From the NCBI RefSeq assembly GCF_041956535.1, contig NW_027192192.1, forward strand, positions 747,796-811,795: 64,000 nucleotides of DNA, in the 5' to 3' direction. Shown in pieces: positions 1 through 14,635 of this stretch. Positions within the stretch are counted from its first letter, which is position 1. The number at the start of each line of letters is the position of its first letter. The stretch comes from Calcarisporiella thermophila CBS 279.70. Taxonomy: Eukaryota; Fungi; Calcarisporiellomycota. The position numbers were made by a program, and so were the translations under genes. The notes below the pieces were generated by a model. The model worked only from the letters and a program-made list of their open reading frames with translations. It was not told where the DNA came from and searched no databases.

Positions 1-621
1 TGTTGATCGCATGTCCTCCCGTGATGAAAATAGGCAAAAGTGGGCCAAAAATAAACTTCGCGCCCTATCATTTCCTTGGCTATTCCTTCGTCTTCCTGTT
101 TATTGTACTTTATAATTTTTTTCTCCTCCCGCTTCCTTTGTTACCTACTCACTAACAAGTCTGATTCCATGAAGAGAGCACCACTGAGCTGTGTATTGCG
201 CTCTAATGGATAAACAAGTTGGCATCAAGTTTCCGGTTCGCTGGAAGTGTGGAGTTGTTTCACTCCTCATTTTTGCTACGCTTCTAGATCCGGAAAGAAA
301 GGAAAAAACGAGCTGTGGAGAGTGCGCCGGCATGAAATTATTGATGACTGATTAGTCTTTATTGCGAATTATATATATACAACATATTGAAAGGAGAAAT
401 ATGAAGGAGAAAAAAAAACTTAGAGCAGGCTCACCACGTCCCATTCAAGGCGGAAAAGAAAGAGGCAAATTACGAAGAATAGGGAATGGCTGACCGTCAC
501 TGAGCTGAAGAGAAAAAGCAAGAGGAATATCCGTCGTTTAAGAATAAGTAGAGCGGGGGTGGAAGTTTAAGGAAATCATATAATCGATATAGCACTCCCC
601 TCCTCTCCATTAACCACAAAT

Positions 622-1206
622 TTAATCGGTAGAACTACACCCTCTACACCCACAATGAACACACTCTATCACTCTTCCCTCCTCCAGCTTATTTTTCGGC
701 ACTCTGCAGATGCAGGTTGTGCCAAAGTTGGTGTCCTTAGCCTGGATGCACCGCAAGCAGCATAGTTTCTCGAAGCCGGGCTATATATACAAAAAAAAAG
801 TTAAATGGAAATAGGTCTGATGTCGAGTTATTTACCGGCTCACCTTTTTCCACTTGGCGATCAGATTTGCATCAGCGTAGCCGTTTTTCAGCAGCCAATC
901 GTAAAGTTCGCGAGTGATTGCTTTGCGCTTATAGAAAAGATCATAGACATAGCGAGATTTCTGATGATGCAGACGAAAAATAGGCCACAGTGCTTCCACT
1001 TTTCGCTTGCCTTCGTGGGGTTCATTTTCGGCTAAAGACAAAGAAGTAAAAATCAGAGAAACATTGGAGACACCTCTAGAAAAAGAGAGAGAGAAAAAAA
1101 AAGACCTACCATCACGCATCTTTTTTTCAAATTCCAGAAACATAGGCTCTATCTCATCAAAGCCCTCTGGCGGCTTCTTGTTGCGCAGATGTCGGATTTT
1201 GGGCAT
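622..1206 (-). CDS. BUD31: Pre-mRNA splicing factor Bud31/G10 (3 exons)
   Basis: Spliced translation [21 protein letters not shown]...[25 protein letters not shown]...KWKK|[29 protein letters not shown]...[14 protein letters not shown]; typical G10 Cys-rich C-terminus; GT-AG introns. Confidence 0.96.
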
Positions 1207-1308
1207 GACAGGCTGGTTGGATTCTCTTTGATTCAAATAGTGATCGATCTGGAAAGAGAGAGAATAATGCGAGATAGGAAAGCAAACGTCACACTATTTA
1301 CAAGCTAA

Positions 1309-3010
<1,702 letters not shown>

Positions 3011-3280
3011 CTCGCCTGCATTTTGCCTCCTCCTCATCTTTGTTCTGTTCTTCAATTTATCCTATAAAAAAAGCATAACAATGATTTGTACGATTTTTTC
3101 GGTGCTCGCTGTTTTTGTTTATTTGAAGTCACACAAAAAGAATCGATAGAATCTCAAAAAACAGAAGCCATATTTTTTTTAGTCTCTTCCAACTCACCCC
3201 CTCGCCTCCGGCTAAGCTATCTATATATATGATCGGCTCGGGCTTGCACCCCAACATCAACATTGCTTAACACCAGGGAC

Positions 3281-4810
3281 ATGGCCACCACTCCCGAGAA
3301 GAAAGTGAAGAGAAAGAAGACCTCTCGCGCATGCATCCATTGCCAGAGGGCCCATTTAACCTGTGATGACTGTAGGTGCATTCCATTTTTGAATCCATAG
3401 TTCTAGCGATTAATGCTGTTGCTCGGATCACCAGCGAGACCATGCCAGCGATGCATCAAGCGGGATCTGGCCGCAACATGTATGGATGGAGTGAGAAAGA
3501 AGGCAAAGTATTTGCAGGACACCGATCCTACTCCAGGTACGGTTGGTCGATCGATTCCAGGACCGGGGGCCACCGAGCTAACCCTTTTTGTTTTTGACCA
3601 TGGCAGCACCGTCCATGGGATCCAATTCATCGTCAGGTATTGATCTGCAATCCGATTTGACCGCTCCGCTCCATCAACTGGACCAAGCTTCCTCACAAGA
3701 CTTGTTGAATGGTAGAATGATTTTTGCTGATCGTTTCTCTCTGACCGCTCTCTTACCCCCCTGCATTGCTTCCAGGCTCCTATCTCGATGCGTCCAGTTT
3801 TTTCGGGCTTAATCCCCTCTCCGCGGATAATTTCGGCTCCCAAGCTGTCAATCTCGAGTACTCCATCCTCAGCTCCATGTTCTCTAATCCACTGGGAGAT
3901 ACCAACGCCCTTGCGATGCTCAACCCATCGCAATGGACCACCGATCAGACGACGTCGGCGGCATCCGCCACCGCCGTCGAGAATGGGGGTGGATTGGTGG
4001 GAAGTGGCTATGAGCTGCGAAAGCGCAAGGGATACAGCCCAGAGAACGTGTACGCATCGATCAAGGCCCCGCACAACTACGTGGAGGGGTTCCATTATCT
4101 CGTCAAATACATGAAAGACAAGTGAGTGGCTTTGTGCTTTTACCATTCCCCTTCCCTATAAAGAGCAGGGTTTTAATGCTAACCTCGGCGGATGGCTTGC
4201 AGGATGGAGAAAGAGGACATGATGCGCATCACACGAGCCATTTCTGGCTTTCGGCCCTCGTTCATCACGCTTGTCATGAACCTGACGCTAGAGGATCTGA
4301 TCTTCATGGAGAAGATGTTCCAGCGGACCCTCCTAGAGTTCGAGAAGCTCGTCAGCTTCTCTGGCACTCCCACGGTTGTATGGCGGCGCACGGGCGAAAT
4401 TGCGCTGGTTGGAAAGGAATTTCTCCTATTAACGCAATGGACGCGCGAGCAGATCCTAGGGAAGAAGACCTATATCTACGAGCTGATGGACAATCAGTCG
4501 GCGGTGGAGTACTGGGAGAAGTTCTCGGTACACGCATTCGAGACCGAATCCTCCGTCATGACTACGTGTGTGCTTCTCACGCCAGCCGGCCGCCGTGTTC
4601 CGTGTGGTTTCTGCTTCACCATCAAGAGGGATATATTTGACATTCCGCTGACCATTGTCGGAAATGTAAGTAGGCTCCCCTTTTGTGTATTATGCTTTGA
4701 TGGCAGGATGCTTATCCGGGTCGTCTTTTTTGTTTGTTTGTTTGCTTGCTTGCTTGCTTGCTTATTGACTTGATGATTCATCCACCTAGTTTCTACCGAT
4801 ATTGATTTGA
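3281..4810 (+). CDS. ERT1: Zn2Cys6/PAS transcription factor of the ERT1/AcuK gluconeogenesis-regulator family
   Basis: N-terminal [15 protein letters not shown]|[22 protein letters not shown]; C-terminal [47 protein letters not shown]|FLPILI*. Confidence 0.88.
4727..4762. repeat. Compound (TTTG)n(CTTG)n microsatellite in the last intron of the ERT1-like gene
   Basis: tttgtttgtttgtttgcttgcttgcttgcttgctt read directly. Confidence 0.85.
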
Positions 4811-5453
4811 TATCGACGCTAAAGGGCCTCTTGTCCGCCTCGTTCGTATTAGCCGATAGCGAATAGCGAATTTCGGAATCGGGTCACATGAACCGAGTGT
4901 GGAGGCCCAAGTGCTTTTTGGGAAGACGTTTGAATTTCGTTCCTTACTGCATTCAAATAGCGACTCTATTTGCATCGAGAATAGGCTGCTTAATTTGCTC
5001 CTTCCCGCTTTGTTTTTTTTTTCTCTCTCTCTTTCTCTTTCATCTCTCCTATTTCACCCGGCGATATTCTGTAATTTTTTTATTTAAGCTCCCCCTTTTT
5101 TTTATTTCTTTTATGTCTCTCTGTGTTTGTTACTGTATATTCTATTCTTATCCCCACTTTTCTTCACATGATGTAATGGACTTTCGTTTGAATAATATCC
5201 TTGCTTACTCTCTAGCAACTCAGCCTTTTTTCTGGCATCATAGGAGGGGGAAGCTTCCTGGTTTGCTTGTGTAATGTTCTATTTTTCCGATTTCTCTTTC
5301 ATCTAGCATAAGCTCGGCCTCGCAGTCCCTTTGAGTACTTATATAATAGGCGGGGAGGGATCGCTGCTCCACAATCCTGGACTCTGTTGCTTGGCACTTT
5401 TCCCGTTCCACTTTACTCACGCCTTCAAGATTTCGCAAAAAAATCTCATCCCA

Positions 5454-6666
5454 ATGAATTCCAACCACGCCGATGCGCCCGTGACCTCGCAGCCCTCGGC
5501 GCGCGTCCTGATCCCCTCCTTTGCTCACGAGGAAGACCTGAGCACTATTCCCCATGGGGTCTATGGTACGATTATGAACCAGCTCGGCGCCCTCGTGGGC
5601 ACCCTTGGAGCCGTAAGTGACACGTCGAACTCGACGAGTCTGAGTTTCGGTACATCAACATGGAAATCCTAACTATAGCTGGCATTGCATAGATTCCGGT
5701 ATGTGTCTGCTTCCCGAACATTTATCGCGAGGTGCCTCAAGGTAAAGACAAGAAGCCCTTTATGTTTCGCTGGTTAGCATGTTCATTTCATTTATTTATG
5801 CGGCAATGTTGCGTTTCTCTATTCAAGGCCATGTGGGGCTCATTACTCGCTTCGGACGGTATTATAAGTGTGTGGATCCCGGGCTTACCAAGGTCAATCC
5901 CATTACGGAACGCCTGACGCGGGTGGATATGAAGGTATTTCGATCATTCTGAAGATTCCGATCCAAAAAAGAATCTCACCCGTGCCGATAGATCCAGCTT
6001 GCCGATATCCCCAGCCAGTCTGTGATGACGAAGGACAATGTCAGCATCCAGATCGACAGCATTCTCTACTGGCATGTGGTCGACCCATACGTGTCTGTGT
6101 TCGGCGTGACGGACGTGAAAAAGGCCCTCGTCGAACGCACGCAGACAACGCTGCGGCACATTGTGGGTTCGCGTGTGCTCCAAGACTTGATCGAGAATAG
6201 AGAGGCGATTGCGATGGAGATTGGGGCCGTCATAGGCGAGGCCGCCAAGCAATGGTAAGGGATTCGAGGCGTGATGTTTGGGATGAGTGAGGCTAGACGG
6301 CTGATGCCTTCTTGATCTACTCTTGCCAATAGGGGTGCCCGAGTGGAGTCCATCCTGGTCAAGGACATCCAGTTCAACCGCGAGCTCCAGGACAGTCTCG
6401 CTTCCGCCGCCAAACAAAAGCGCATTGGCGAGAGTAAGGTGATTGCTGCCCAAGCCGAGGTGGAGGCCGCGCAGCTTATGCGCAAGGCCGCCGACATCTT
6501 GGCGACGCCCGCCGCCATGCAGATTCGCTCGCTCGAAACCATGGTCACCATGGCCCGCAGCGCCGGCACCAAGGTTATATTCATGCCGATGGGCGGCAAC
6601 GGGGTCCCCCAAGTCACCATGACTCCTCAGGAGGCGACGGTGGTGGAGCAAATGGCGAACCAATAG
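5454..6666 (+). CDS. Stomatin/SPFH (band 7) family membrane protein, about 5 exons
   Basis: GHVGLITRFGRYYKCVDPGL, MTKDNVSIQIDSILYW, ERTQTTLRHIVG, WGARVESILVKDI, AMQIRSLETM. Confidence 0.92.
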
Positions 6667-7504
6667 GCGCTCCGGCAAAGCCGCTCTTCTCCTGGCATCA
6701 TGGCATCAATATGATAAGTTCACACCCCTCTTCAGTAGTTAGCACACATTCTCCTCCCATTTTCTTCTTCCAAATCCGTTGTGTTTTCCATCTATTTATC
6801 AGCCTTATACTTGCTATGCTTATGGTAGTCTAATCTTCTCTATATTTAACTTCCTTTGGGGCTGTTTGCCCATTTTGCCTCTGCCGCCGTGTAATGTTTC
6901 TTTCCGCCGACACCGCAAATAATAATAATAATAATAAGACTAATTTCCCCCAGTGCGCCCATGGATGCATCCTGCCTCTCCTTGGATATAGATAAGATTT
7001 ACATGTCGGGAAAATTTTAATTTATCTCTCCAGCCCCATCTCCGCCATCAAGGATGAGCCGGCGCATGGCTGTGTTTATCAGCTCGCGGCCCCCCTGCCC
7101 CAGCTGCCACTCGGCCTCCAGGCCTGTCCATGGGAAGGCTGTGGGTGCCAACATGGTTGTTTGCTGGGAAACTGCTTCTTTGGGCAAGGGGGGACTCCCT
7201 TTCCTGCAGAGTGGACCTCGTGCTCAGAGTCAGCGCACTAAATCGTTGTCTTTTGGGGGAAAAAATTAATTTTTGGTCTGCTTCCACTTTTGTCCCCAAT
7301 TCTCACATCCCTATATTTTCGCCTGCAGCTCGCTTTTTTTCCCTCTTTTTCTCCTCTCCACTGCCCAACTCCAACCTCCTCTTGCGGCGAGCTCCAGCTT
7401 CCCCCCTCCCCCGCCCTCTCCAGCTTCACCCGGCCCCATTGAATCCTCTCCATACTTGAACCTCTCTCCCCCTCCCGAATCCGCCCGAGTCGAATCGCTC
7501 CACA

Positions 7505-8751
7505 ATGGCCCCAAATTTATTCCGCAAATCCCAAAAGGCTTATACCATGACGCCTTCGCGCTTCGAAGGCACTGGGCGCGTCGGCTCGCTCACCCCGCAG
7601 CAAGAGGTGACGCTCCAGCGCTTCAAGGAGGAGCTTGCCAAGGAATGCGACCTGTACGACGCCCGCGTCCACGACGACCACATTCTGCTCCGCTTTCTGC
7701 GAGCACGCAAATTCGACCTCCCCAAATCCCTTCTCATGTTCACCAACTATCTCAAATGGCGCAAGGACTTTGGCGTCGATGATCTGGTCCGCAACTTCAA
7801 GTTCGAAGAGCACGAGGAGGTGGCGAAATATTACCCGCGCTACTACCACAAGACAGACCGGCTCGATAGGCCCATTTATGTCGAGCACATTGGGAACGTC
7901 GACTTGAAGCAGCTGTTCAAGGTCACCACTGAGGAGCGCATGATTAAGCACTTCGTGGTGGGCTACGAGAGCCTAGTGAATGACCGATTCCCCTCCTGCT
8001 CTAAATTGGCGGGCCAGCGTATAGAGCAATGCTTTACTATCCTGGACTTGAAGGGAATTCAACTTAAGCAAGCGCCCTCCATCATGGTAACCTGAATTAT
8101 ACCCCAGCGAATCCTCCCCCCCCCCCTCCTCTTATTCAACCTCTTCTTTCTCCCTTTGTTAGAGCTTTATTAAGCGAATCTCGGCGATTGCCCAAGACTA
8201 TTACCCAGAGGTAACTGGCTTCACATCTGCGCGACATCGCTGGTCACGTCATGAGTTTTTAACTTTTGTATTTGTTTTCCTCAGATGATGGGAAAGATGT
8301 TCATCATCAATGCACCTTATCTTTTCGCCTCCGTGTTTAATTTGATCAAGGTAAAGACAACCCTCCCAGGGTGGGATTCAGCCTAACAGATTTGGTCGGA
8401 AAACTCATTTATATCATTGTCAGAATTTCCTCGACGAGGTCACGGTGAATAAGATTGTGATCCTCAGCGGCAAATACCAGCAGGAGCTGCTGAAGGACGT
8501 AGATCCGGAAAATCTCCCAACCTATTTCGGAGGGGTCTGCGAGTGTCCCGGCGGATGCAGACAAGCCGACTTGGGTCCGTGGAAGGTAATTTAGAAAAGC
8601 AGTCCCCATCAGACCTTTCTTTTAGATACAACAGCGATGGAGACTGAATCCTTTCTCTTTTCAGGATCCAAAATTCAACAAGAAGCTGCGGGTCAATGGG
8701 TCTTCACAGGAATACGATGACTCGGAAGACGAATCTTCCATCTCGCGCTAA
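7505..8751 (+). CDS. SEC14: Sec14-like phosphatidylinositol transfer protein (CRAL-TRIO)
   Basis: DDHILLRFLRARKFD, YYPRYYHKTDRLDRPIYVE, TILDLKG, AQDYYPE|MMGKMFIINAP, PENLPTYFGGVCECPGGCRQADLGPW. Confidence 0.93.
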
Positions 8752-9852
8752 ATTTGCCCCATGGTTTTGTTTATCGTATTAGTTTATGAATGATAACCCG
8801 TTTTTGCTTTGTCCTCTTTCCCCTTTGAAGAATACCGAATGAAATCTCCATTATTACTTGTTCATAGTTGGGACATCTATATAACTTTGTTCTTCTACTT
8901 GAACGCCCTCCATATTATACCATCCATGAGACTTTGCAGCATTTTTTTTTGTTTCTTATTTTCCATTTTTTTTTTCCTAGTACATTCATGAACTTTCATA
9001 TTATCGTTTTTTTCTTTTCCTCTTTCCTATTTTCCTCATTCTAATGTGGCTCTCTCTATATATATTTTATCAACGAAAAAAAAATAAATGTGAACCTTTC
9101 CGCGCATATTCTATGAATCGTTCCCTTTCCCATTTGGAGTTTTCGTTTTGACGCTACCCCTTTAGAGTAACATTTTTCAGTTTCTTGCTTGAATATGCTT
9201 TGGCGGATCGGGAAAAGGCTAAATTCGTAAAAAGAGGGAGGGGAAAAGAAACGCATTCATCTCCGTTGATCTACGCGTTTTTTCTAGTATGCTTACGAGG
9301 GGTGGGAGGGGTGAAAAAGGGGAAGAAGCGAAGGGAAAAACGCTTCCAAGTCCCTCCGTGCCTCCCCCTTTTGCCAGAGATGCATTCCTTGAGCCGAAAA
9401 AATCGCCGATCACTCCAAGACTCTCCCAAATTTCTGAGCCAAGATATTTTACTAGCGGATTCTTGCTCCACATCTTTTTTGCAGATCTAAAATTCCAGCG
9501 TCTACATGTTCTACGGTTATGACGACAAAACACATTCGATTGAGGAATTTTTGTTGCGAAAAATATGGTGATCAACACGAGCCGTCTGTTCCACTCGATC
9601 TCTTTATAAAACCCGCGACGAAATCCCCTTCCTTCGTCCTTACTTCACAAAAATTTTCCATCCGCCATTACAATAGCTCTACTCCTCTCCCACTAAACCC
9701 CACCTCTCTCTCTCTCTTTTCTTCTCTCTCTCTCTCACTCTTATACCCACTCTCTTTCCATATATAAAGTATATTTTCATTCTCTCTTCTACATATTTCT
9801 TTTTATCTCTAATATATTTCTTTTCTCTTCTCTTCTCACTTCAAGAGCAAAA

Positions 9853-11516
9853 ATGAAAACAGGTATCTTCGCCATTTCAGTCCTCCTCAGTGTATCTGCC
9901 CTGAGTCAGGCTGCTCCTCTGCAGGAGAACTCTGCGGCACTCGAGCATCCCCACCTTGACAAGCGCATTGAGCTCGCCAGTATCCCACTCCTTGGGCCCA
10001 TCCTTGCGGCCATGTACGTATAGGTTTGCAGTTGGAGAGGAGGGCGACACTGCAACTAACCCCCTCTTGTCTCTTGATCCCCCATAGTACCAAGACAAAT
10101 GACACCGCCACTCCCTCAGCATCCCTGGCACCCACGGCGCCCGTAGCCACCGCCGTCCCCACATTCCAAGCCGCTGGAGAGGAGGAGGAGGAGGAGGAGA
10201 CGGACGAGCCGGTAGAGGCGGCCAAAAAGAAGGACAAGAAGAAGGCCAAGAAGAAGCAACAGCAGGATGAGGAGGAGGAGAGCGCGGACGAGGAGGAAGA
10301 CAACAAGAAAAAGCAGAAGAAACAGAAGAAGCAGAAAAAGCAGAATGTGAAGAAGCCTGTGGAGAACAACGGGCAACAGCCCGTCGACATGATGGCCAAG
10401 GCGGTAGTTCCCGAGGGCGAGCATCCCCTTGAGAACCAACAGCCGCAGGCCGCTCCCCAGGAGGATGTGTCCACAAAGGGCGCCATGGGTGGCTTGGTTC
10501 CGATCACCAAGCGGGCCGAGGTGATCAAGAAGCCCAAGCAGCCCACCGTCAAACCCGAAGTGACCGACGACAAGGCGGCGAAGAAGGCAAAGAAGGACGA
10601 CAAGAAGAAGCCCAAGCCCGCCAATGTGGCTGCGGCTGCGGCAGCCCCTGCTCCCCAGGCTGGGAACGGGGTTGTGGCGCAGGCGGCCAACGCACCCCTC
10701 CCGGCCGCTCAGCATGGCAAGCGGCAGCTCGGAATCCAGGGGCTGCTGAAACCTATCTTGGGTGAGCCGGCTCCCCCTGCTCCGGCTGCGCCCGCCCCCG
10801 CCACCTCCCCCGTGGAGGAGCCCGGATTCGAGCGCAAGATTAAGGAGGGCAAGCCCACAAGAAAGGAGGACGATGAGGATGACGACGACGAAGTTGAGGG
10901 AGCTGAGGACGAGGGCGAGGAGGAGGACGGCCAGGACGAGGAGATGGAGGAGAAGAAGGAGAAGAAGAAGCCCAAGAAGGAGAAGAAGCCCAAGGCCAAG
11001 AAGCCCGCCGACAACAAAGCTGCCGCCGTGAAGAAACCAAAAGGCGGAAAGAAGAAGCCCCAGACTCCCGACGTCGCTGCCGCCGCCGCCCCAATCCCCG
11101 CCCCCATTGAAAACAACCAAGTTACACCTCAGCGCGCAACCGAAATGCCTGCCAACGTCCCCGCTGCTCCTCAACTACCAGAAGCCATGACGCCTCCTCA
11201 GCGTACCGCCGAAAACATGGCTCCCCCGGCCGCCGCGCCCCAGCCCATCACAGCCCAGGGGAAGAAGCACGAGGAGAAGAAGAAGGACAAGAAGGTAAAG
11301 AATGTTAAGAAGCAAGACAAGCCAAAGGTTGCACCCAAGGCGGCCGCCCTAGACAACCCACAGCAGGTAAATGAACACCCTTCTTAATGGATGCTTTTGG
11401 TATGCTTTGAGAAACCCTGACCCACCCTTACTCTTTTGGTGATGTAGACGCTTCCCAACAACAATGCTGCCCCCGTGCCAGCCGCGCCAGCTGCGCCAGC
11501 CTTGCCGGTCGCGTAA
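9853..11516 (+). CDS. Secreted low-complexity Lys/Glu/Pro/Ala-rich precursor with KR (Kex2-type) sites, 3 exons
   Basis: CT-rich leader, ATG 9853, signal peptide MKTGIFAISVLLSVSALSQA, GTACGT..ATAG intron into the 10026-11387 frame, final exon TLPNNNAAPVPAAPAAPALPVA*. Confidence 0.85.
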
Positions 11517-12283
11517 GCCAAACATACAAGCAATACCCTGCTTGAGATGGAATATTCGATGGTTCGATATTTTCCCACAACGAACAATAATTTTAATATT
11601 TTCTTTACTTTATTAGATAATATTCTAAGTCTCTTATACCCCCCTTATTTTCTGTGTAATAGATTTTTCTTTATGCATTTAAAGGTCTAAAAAAATAAAC
11701 AATAATAGTTGATATATGAATTTTTGAGTGATGAATCACCAAATTTGGCGGTTTCCAAATTGGCAAAGTATGAGTCGCTCCTTGAAAATCTAAGTCTTAG
11801 CCTCCCCATACTTAACCAAAATTCTAATCTGACCCTTAGTGTAAGCATTCGACTTGACAAAAAAAAAGGAAAAAGGCTCATTACGTTTTTGTTGAGGGAA
11901 TACTATCTATGATTTAATGATCTCTATTGAATGAAACCAGCATATACACAAGGATCTATGACGCAAAATATTCGTTACAACACATCATCTCATATATTTA
12001 GAGAAACAGGCGAAAGTCAAAAAAAGTCATCATAGATAGTAAAAAGCAAAACAGCTCATTTTAAACAAATATAAGGCCTGTTTACATTAGCGCAAATTCA
12101 ATGTTTTAGTCTTCTTCCTCGCAAGTCGCACCTGGTTGCCAGTTCTTATTGAGGGAACTGTGTGTATACAAGGGTATATCATTGTATAATATTATGTTTT
12201 ATTTAGAGAAACAGAAAAAAAAAAGTTTGTTTATCTTATTAAACATATAAAAGAGAGTGGACATAAATCTATATTTATCACCT

Positions 12284-12913
12284 CTAGTTTTCCTCCTCGC
12301 TGGGGCGCTCCCAGTGGCCAGGCTTCATCGCGTCCAGGATTAAGTCGTCAATATCAGCATTCTTCGCGTAGGCATAGGGCCGGTTCTCGACTCGGTCATC
12401 CTTGGTCGTCCTCATTCTTTCGCTCTCCAAGCCGGGATACTCTCCCATCTCCAACTTACGCAGTCTCTCCTCGCTAGCTTCCTCCTCATCCTCATGGAAC
12501 GCTCTATGGTAGGTCTCTTTGGCCCTGTCGGCGGCGTACCCATCCTCGCCAAAGGTCATTCGTTGGTTGGATTGATACTCCATGTTCCTGTTCTCCTGGA
12601 CGCTTGTGTCTTTAGCCTCGGCACGCTTTCGCATTACAGGGGCGGAGGTCATGGGGTGGATGTCGACCACTTTTTTACATCCTTTCTTTTTGAAGTCGAT
12701 TCCTTTGGCCTTGACGTCCGGAGGCACGTAGCACACCTTCTTATCATCGACAAAGTAATTCTTATCCGCTTTACCGGCAGCGGCGGGCGTAGCCGCAGGG
12801 GTACCGCGGCGCCATTCCCTGTGTGGGTGGCTGACTTGCGAGGTGTCCTCTTGGGAAGAGCAAGAGACGACGGCAAGGGTGGCCATGATGCAGGTGAGAG
12901 TAAGCAGCTTCAT
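12284..12913 (-). CDS. Secreted hypothetical precursor protein (209 aa) with dibasic sites
   Basis: Single exon; signal peptide MKLLTLTCIMATLAVVSC; WRR and RKR sites; strong coding codon bias. Confidence 0.8.
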   Translation of the reverse strand: MKLLTLTCIMATLAVVSCSSQEDTSQVSHPHREWRRGTPAATPAAAGKADKNYFVDDKKVCYVPPDVKAKGIDFKKKGCKKVVDIHPMTSAPVMRKRAEAKDTSVQENRNMEYQSNQRMTFGEDGYAADRAKETYHRAFHEDEEEASEERLRKLEMGEYPGLESERMRTTKDDRVENRPYAYAKNADIDDLILDAMKPGHWERPSEEEN

Positions 12914-14017
12914 GATACTAAACTTGAGTAGAGAAGAGGGGGGAGATGGGCTTGGGTATAGATCAAAGCGGGTATGCGTGTTTGGCAAAAATTAATGGAA
13001 ACAAGAGGATGATGGGTGAGAGAGGGAAGTGGGGTGGAGATTGTATTTTGTGTGTTTACAAGCACGCGTGTTCCAGAGCTGGAACGTCAGAAAAAATGTG
13101 TCTTTAAAGAGAGCGCATTCGACCTTGCGTAGGACATTTTGGTAGGTCCAGGAATGCCCTGTCTCATTGGTCGGTTTAAGATACGCTCGGGCTGATCAGC
13201 ACGGAGTATGAATCAGGCAAGGGAAATTAGATCGAGAAAAATGTGTTACTCCCTCCCCTTTCCTCGTTAAAGACCAGCTTTGCATAATGCTTTCCAAGGG
13301 AACCGCTGAGTTTGAAGCGGCTTGAAAAATATCGATCAGTATGACTAAATGTTTCTTGGCCGTCATGGAATGCGAGGTTTCCGATTTGCTTGCCTCGACC
13401 AAAACCCCTCTAACTGCAGCCGAATTAATCTGAGACCCTTTAAGAAGACCACTTTGGGCGACTCGCCGAGCAAGAAGACGGAGGCCTGCCAGCATTGCTC
13501 GTGCAAATATGCACGGAAAAATCCGCAAGTCGTGTGTTGGAAACCAGTATAGGATTTCGGAATCCCAAAGAAAGTCATCCCTGATCCATTTGGATATTTG
13601 TGGTAATATGAATAACAGCAAAATGCAAAGGGGTGGAGTTGGTATGTCTTTTGCTCAACTTTAAGATCATCAGTGGGCGACTGTCAAGCCATCGTTAATG
13701 CTCCTTCGTAATCTGAACACTTGTGAATAAAATCTCCATTCCTAGGGGGGGGGGGAGGCGGGAGGAAACCCATTCGGGGCTTTCCTACCCTTGTTTGACT
13801 CCAATACATGAGAAATCTGCTCTGCCCTCCCCCCATCCCCCCCCCTCCCCTCCCCTTATTTTGCCTATTACCTGCCACACGTCACCCTTTCCGTTTCTCA
13901 ATTATTTCTAATGCGCCCTCTTTTGACTCCTTTTCATGAGCCAAAGGGGATCGTTAGTGCTCTCAGCAACATGACTGCGGCCCACACGTTTTACCTGGGT
14001 TTTTCACCCGACCTTGG

Positions 14018-14097
14018 CCAGGGGATTGACTTGAAGAATTTTTCTATATCGCGCCGGACACCCAGGGGAAAAAGTACAACCTCCCTAGTCCCAGGGG
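14018..14097 (+). promoter_or_regulatory. Cluster of three CCAGGGG (STRE-like) sites upstream of the C2H2 gene
   Basis: CCAGGGG at 14018, 14062 and 14091. Confidence 0.4.
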
Positions 14098-14635
14098 CAC
14101 ATCAATCAGATAGATCTGCACCTCAAACATAAAAGTTTTGCCCCATCAAATACAGTGGTTTCTTTCATGCAAACACTTCGGCTTTGCCCATTCCGCTTTC
14201 ACCTTCCCCCCCTCCCCTCTTTCGATTCCCCCCTCCGCCTCTCCAACCAACACCCCCCTTTTTTTAACAAACATAAATCGCGACCATTCAGCCGAAACAC
14301 ATAAACGACCTCATTGAAACAGGCGATCATAACTGCACCGTCCTTGGGTTGCCCTTGTATTGAAATTGGTCTTGCTTGCTCCACCCCGGATTTGAGGCCT
14401 CTACCATAACAATAAATAGGCTTCCAAAAAATATTTTTTAGGGGGAGATTCCCTTTCCATTATTTGTTTTTTCATTCCTCTGCTTCTGTTTCTTTTCTCC
14501 TTTCGTCTCTTTGTTTGTTTATCTAAAGTCATTGTCCTGCACTCTTGATGATTAATGGACAATAGCGTGACGTCGCTAGTAGCTGTAAAAAGATACTCGG
14601 TCTCATTATAGTTCAAATCCTTTCGCGAAATCTCC

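Noticed and set aside
9877-11174. Long antisense ORFs over the Lys/Glu-rich gene (also over the USP, stomatin and Gly-repeat genes)
   Set aside because: These are shadow ORFs caused by high GC3 and low complexity, with no independent coding signals.
12105-12160. Alternative last exon for the secreted 12284-12913 gene (NKNWQPGATCEEED*)
   Set aside because: The resemblance to the real C-terminus is only superficial, and I found no convincing donor or branch point.
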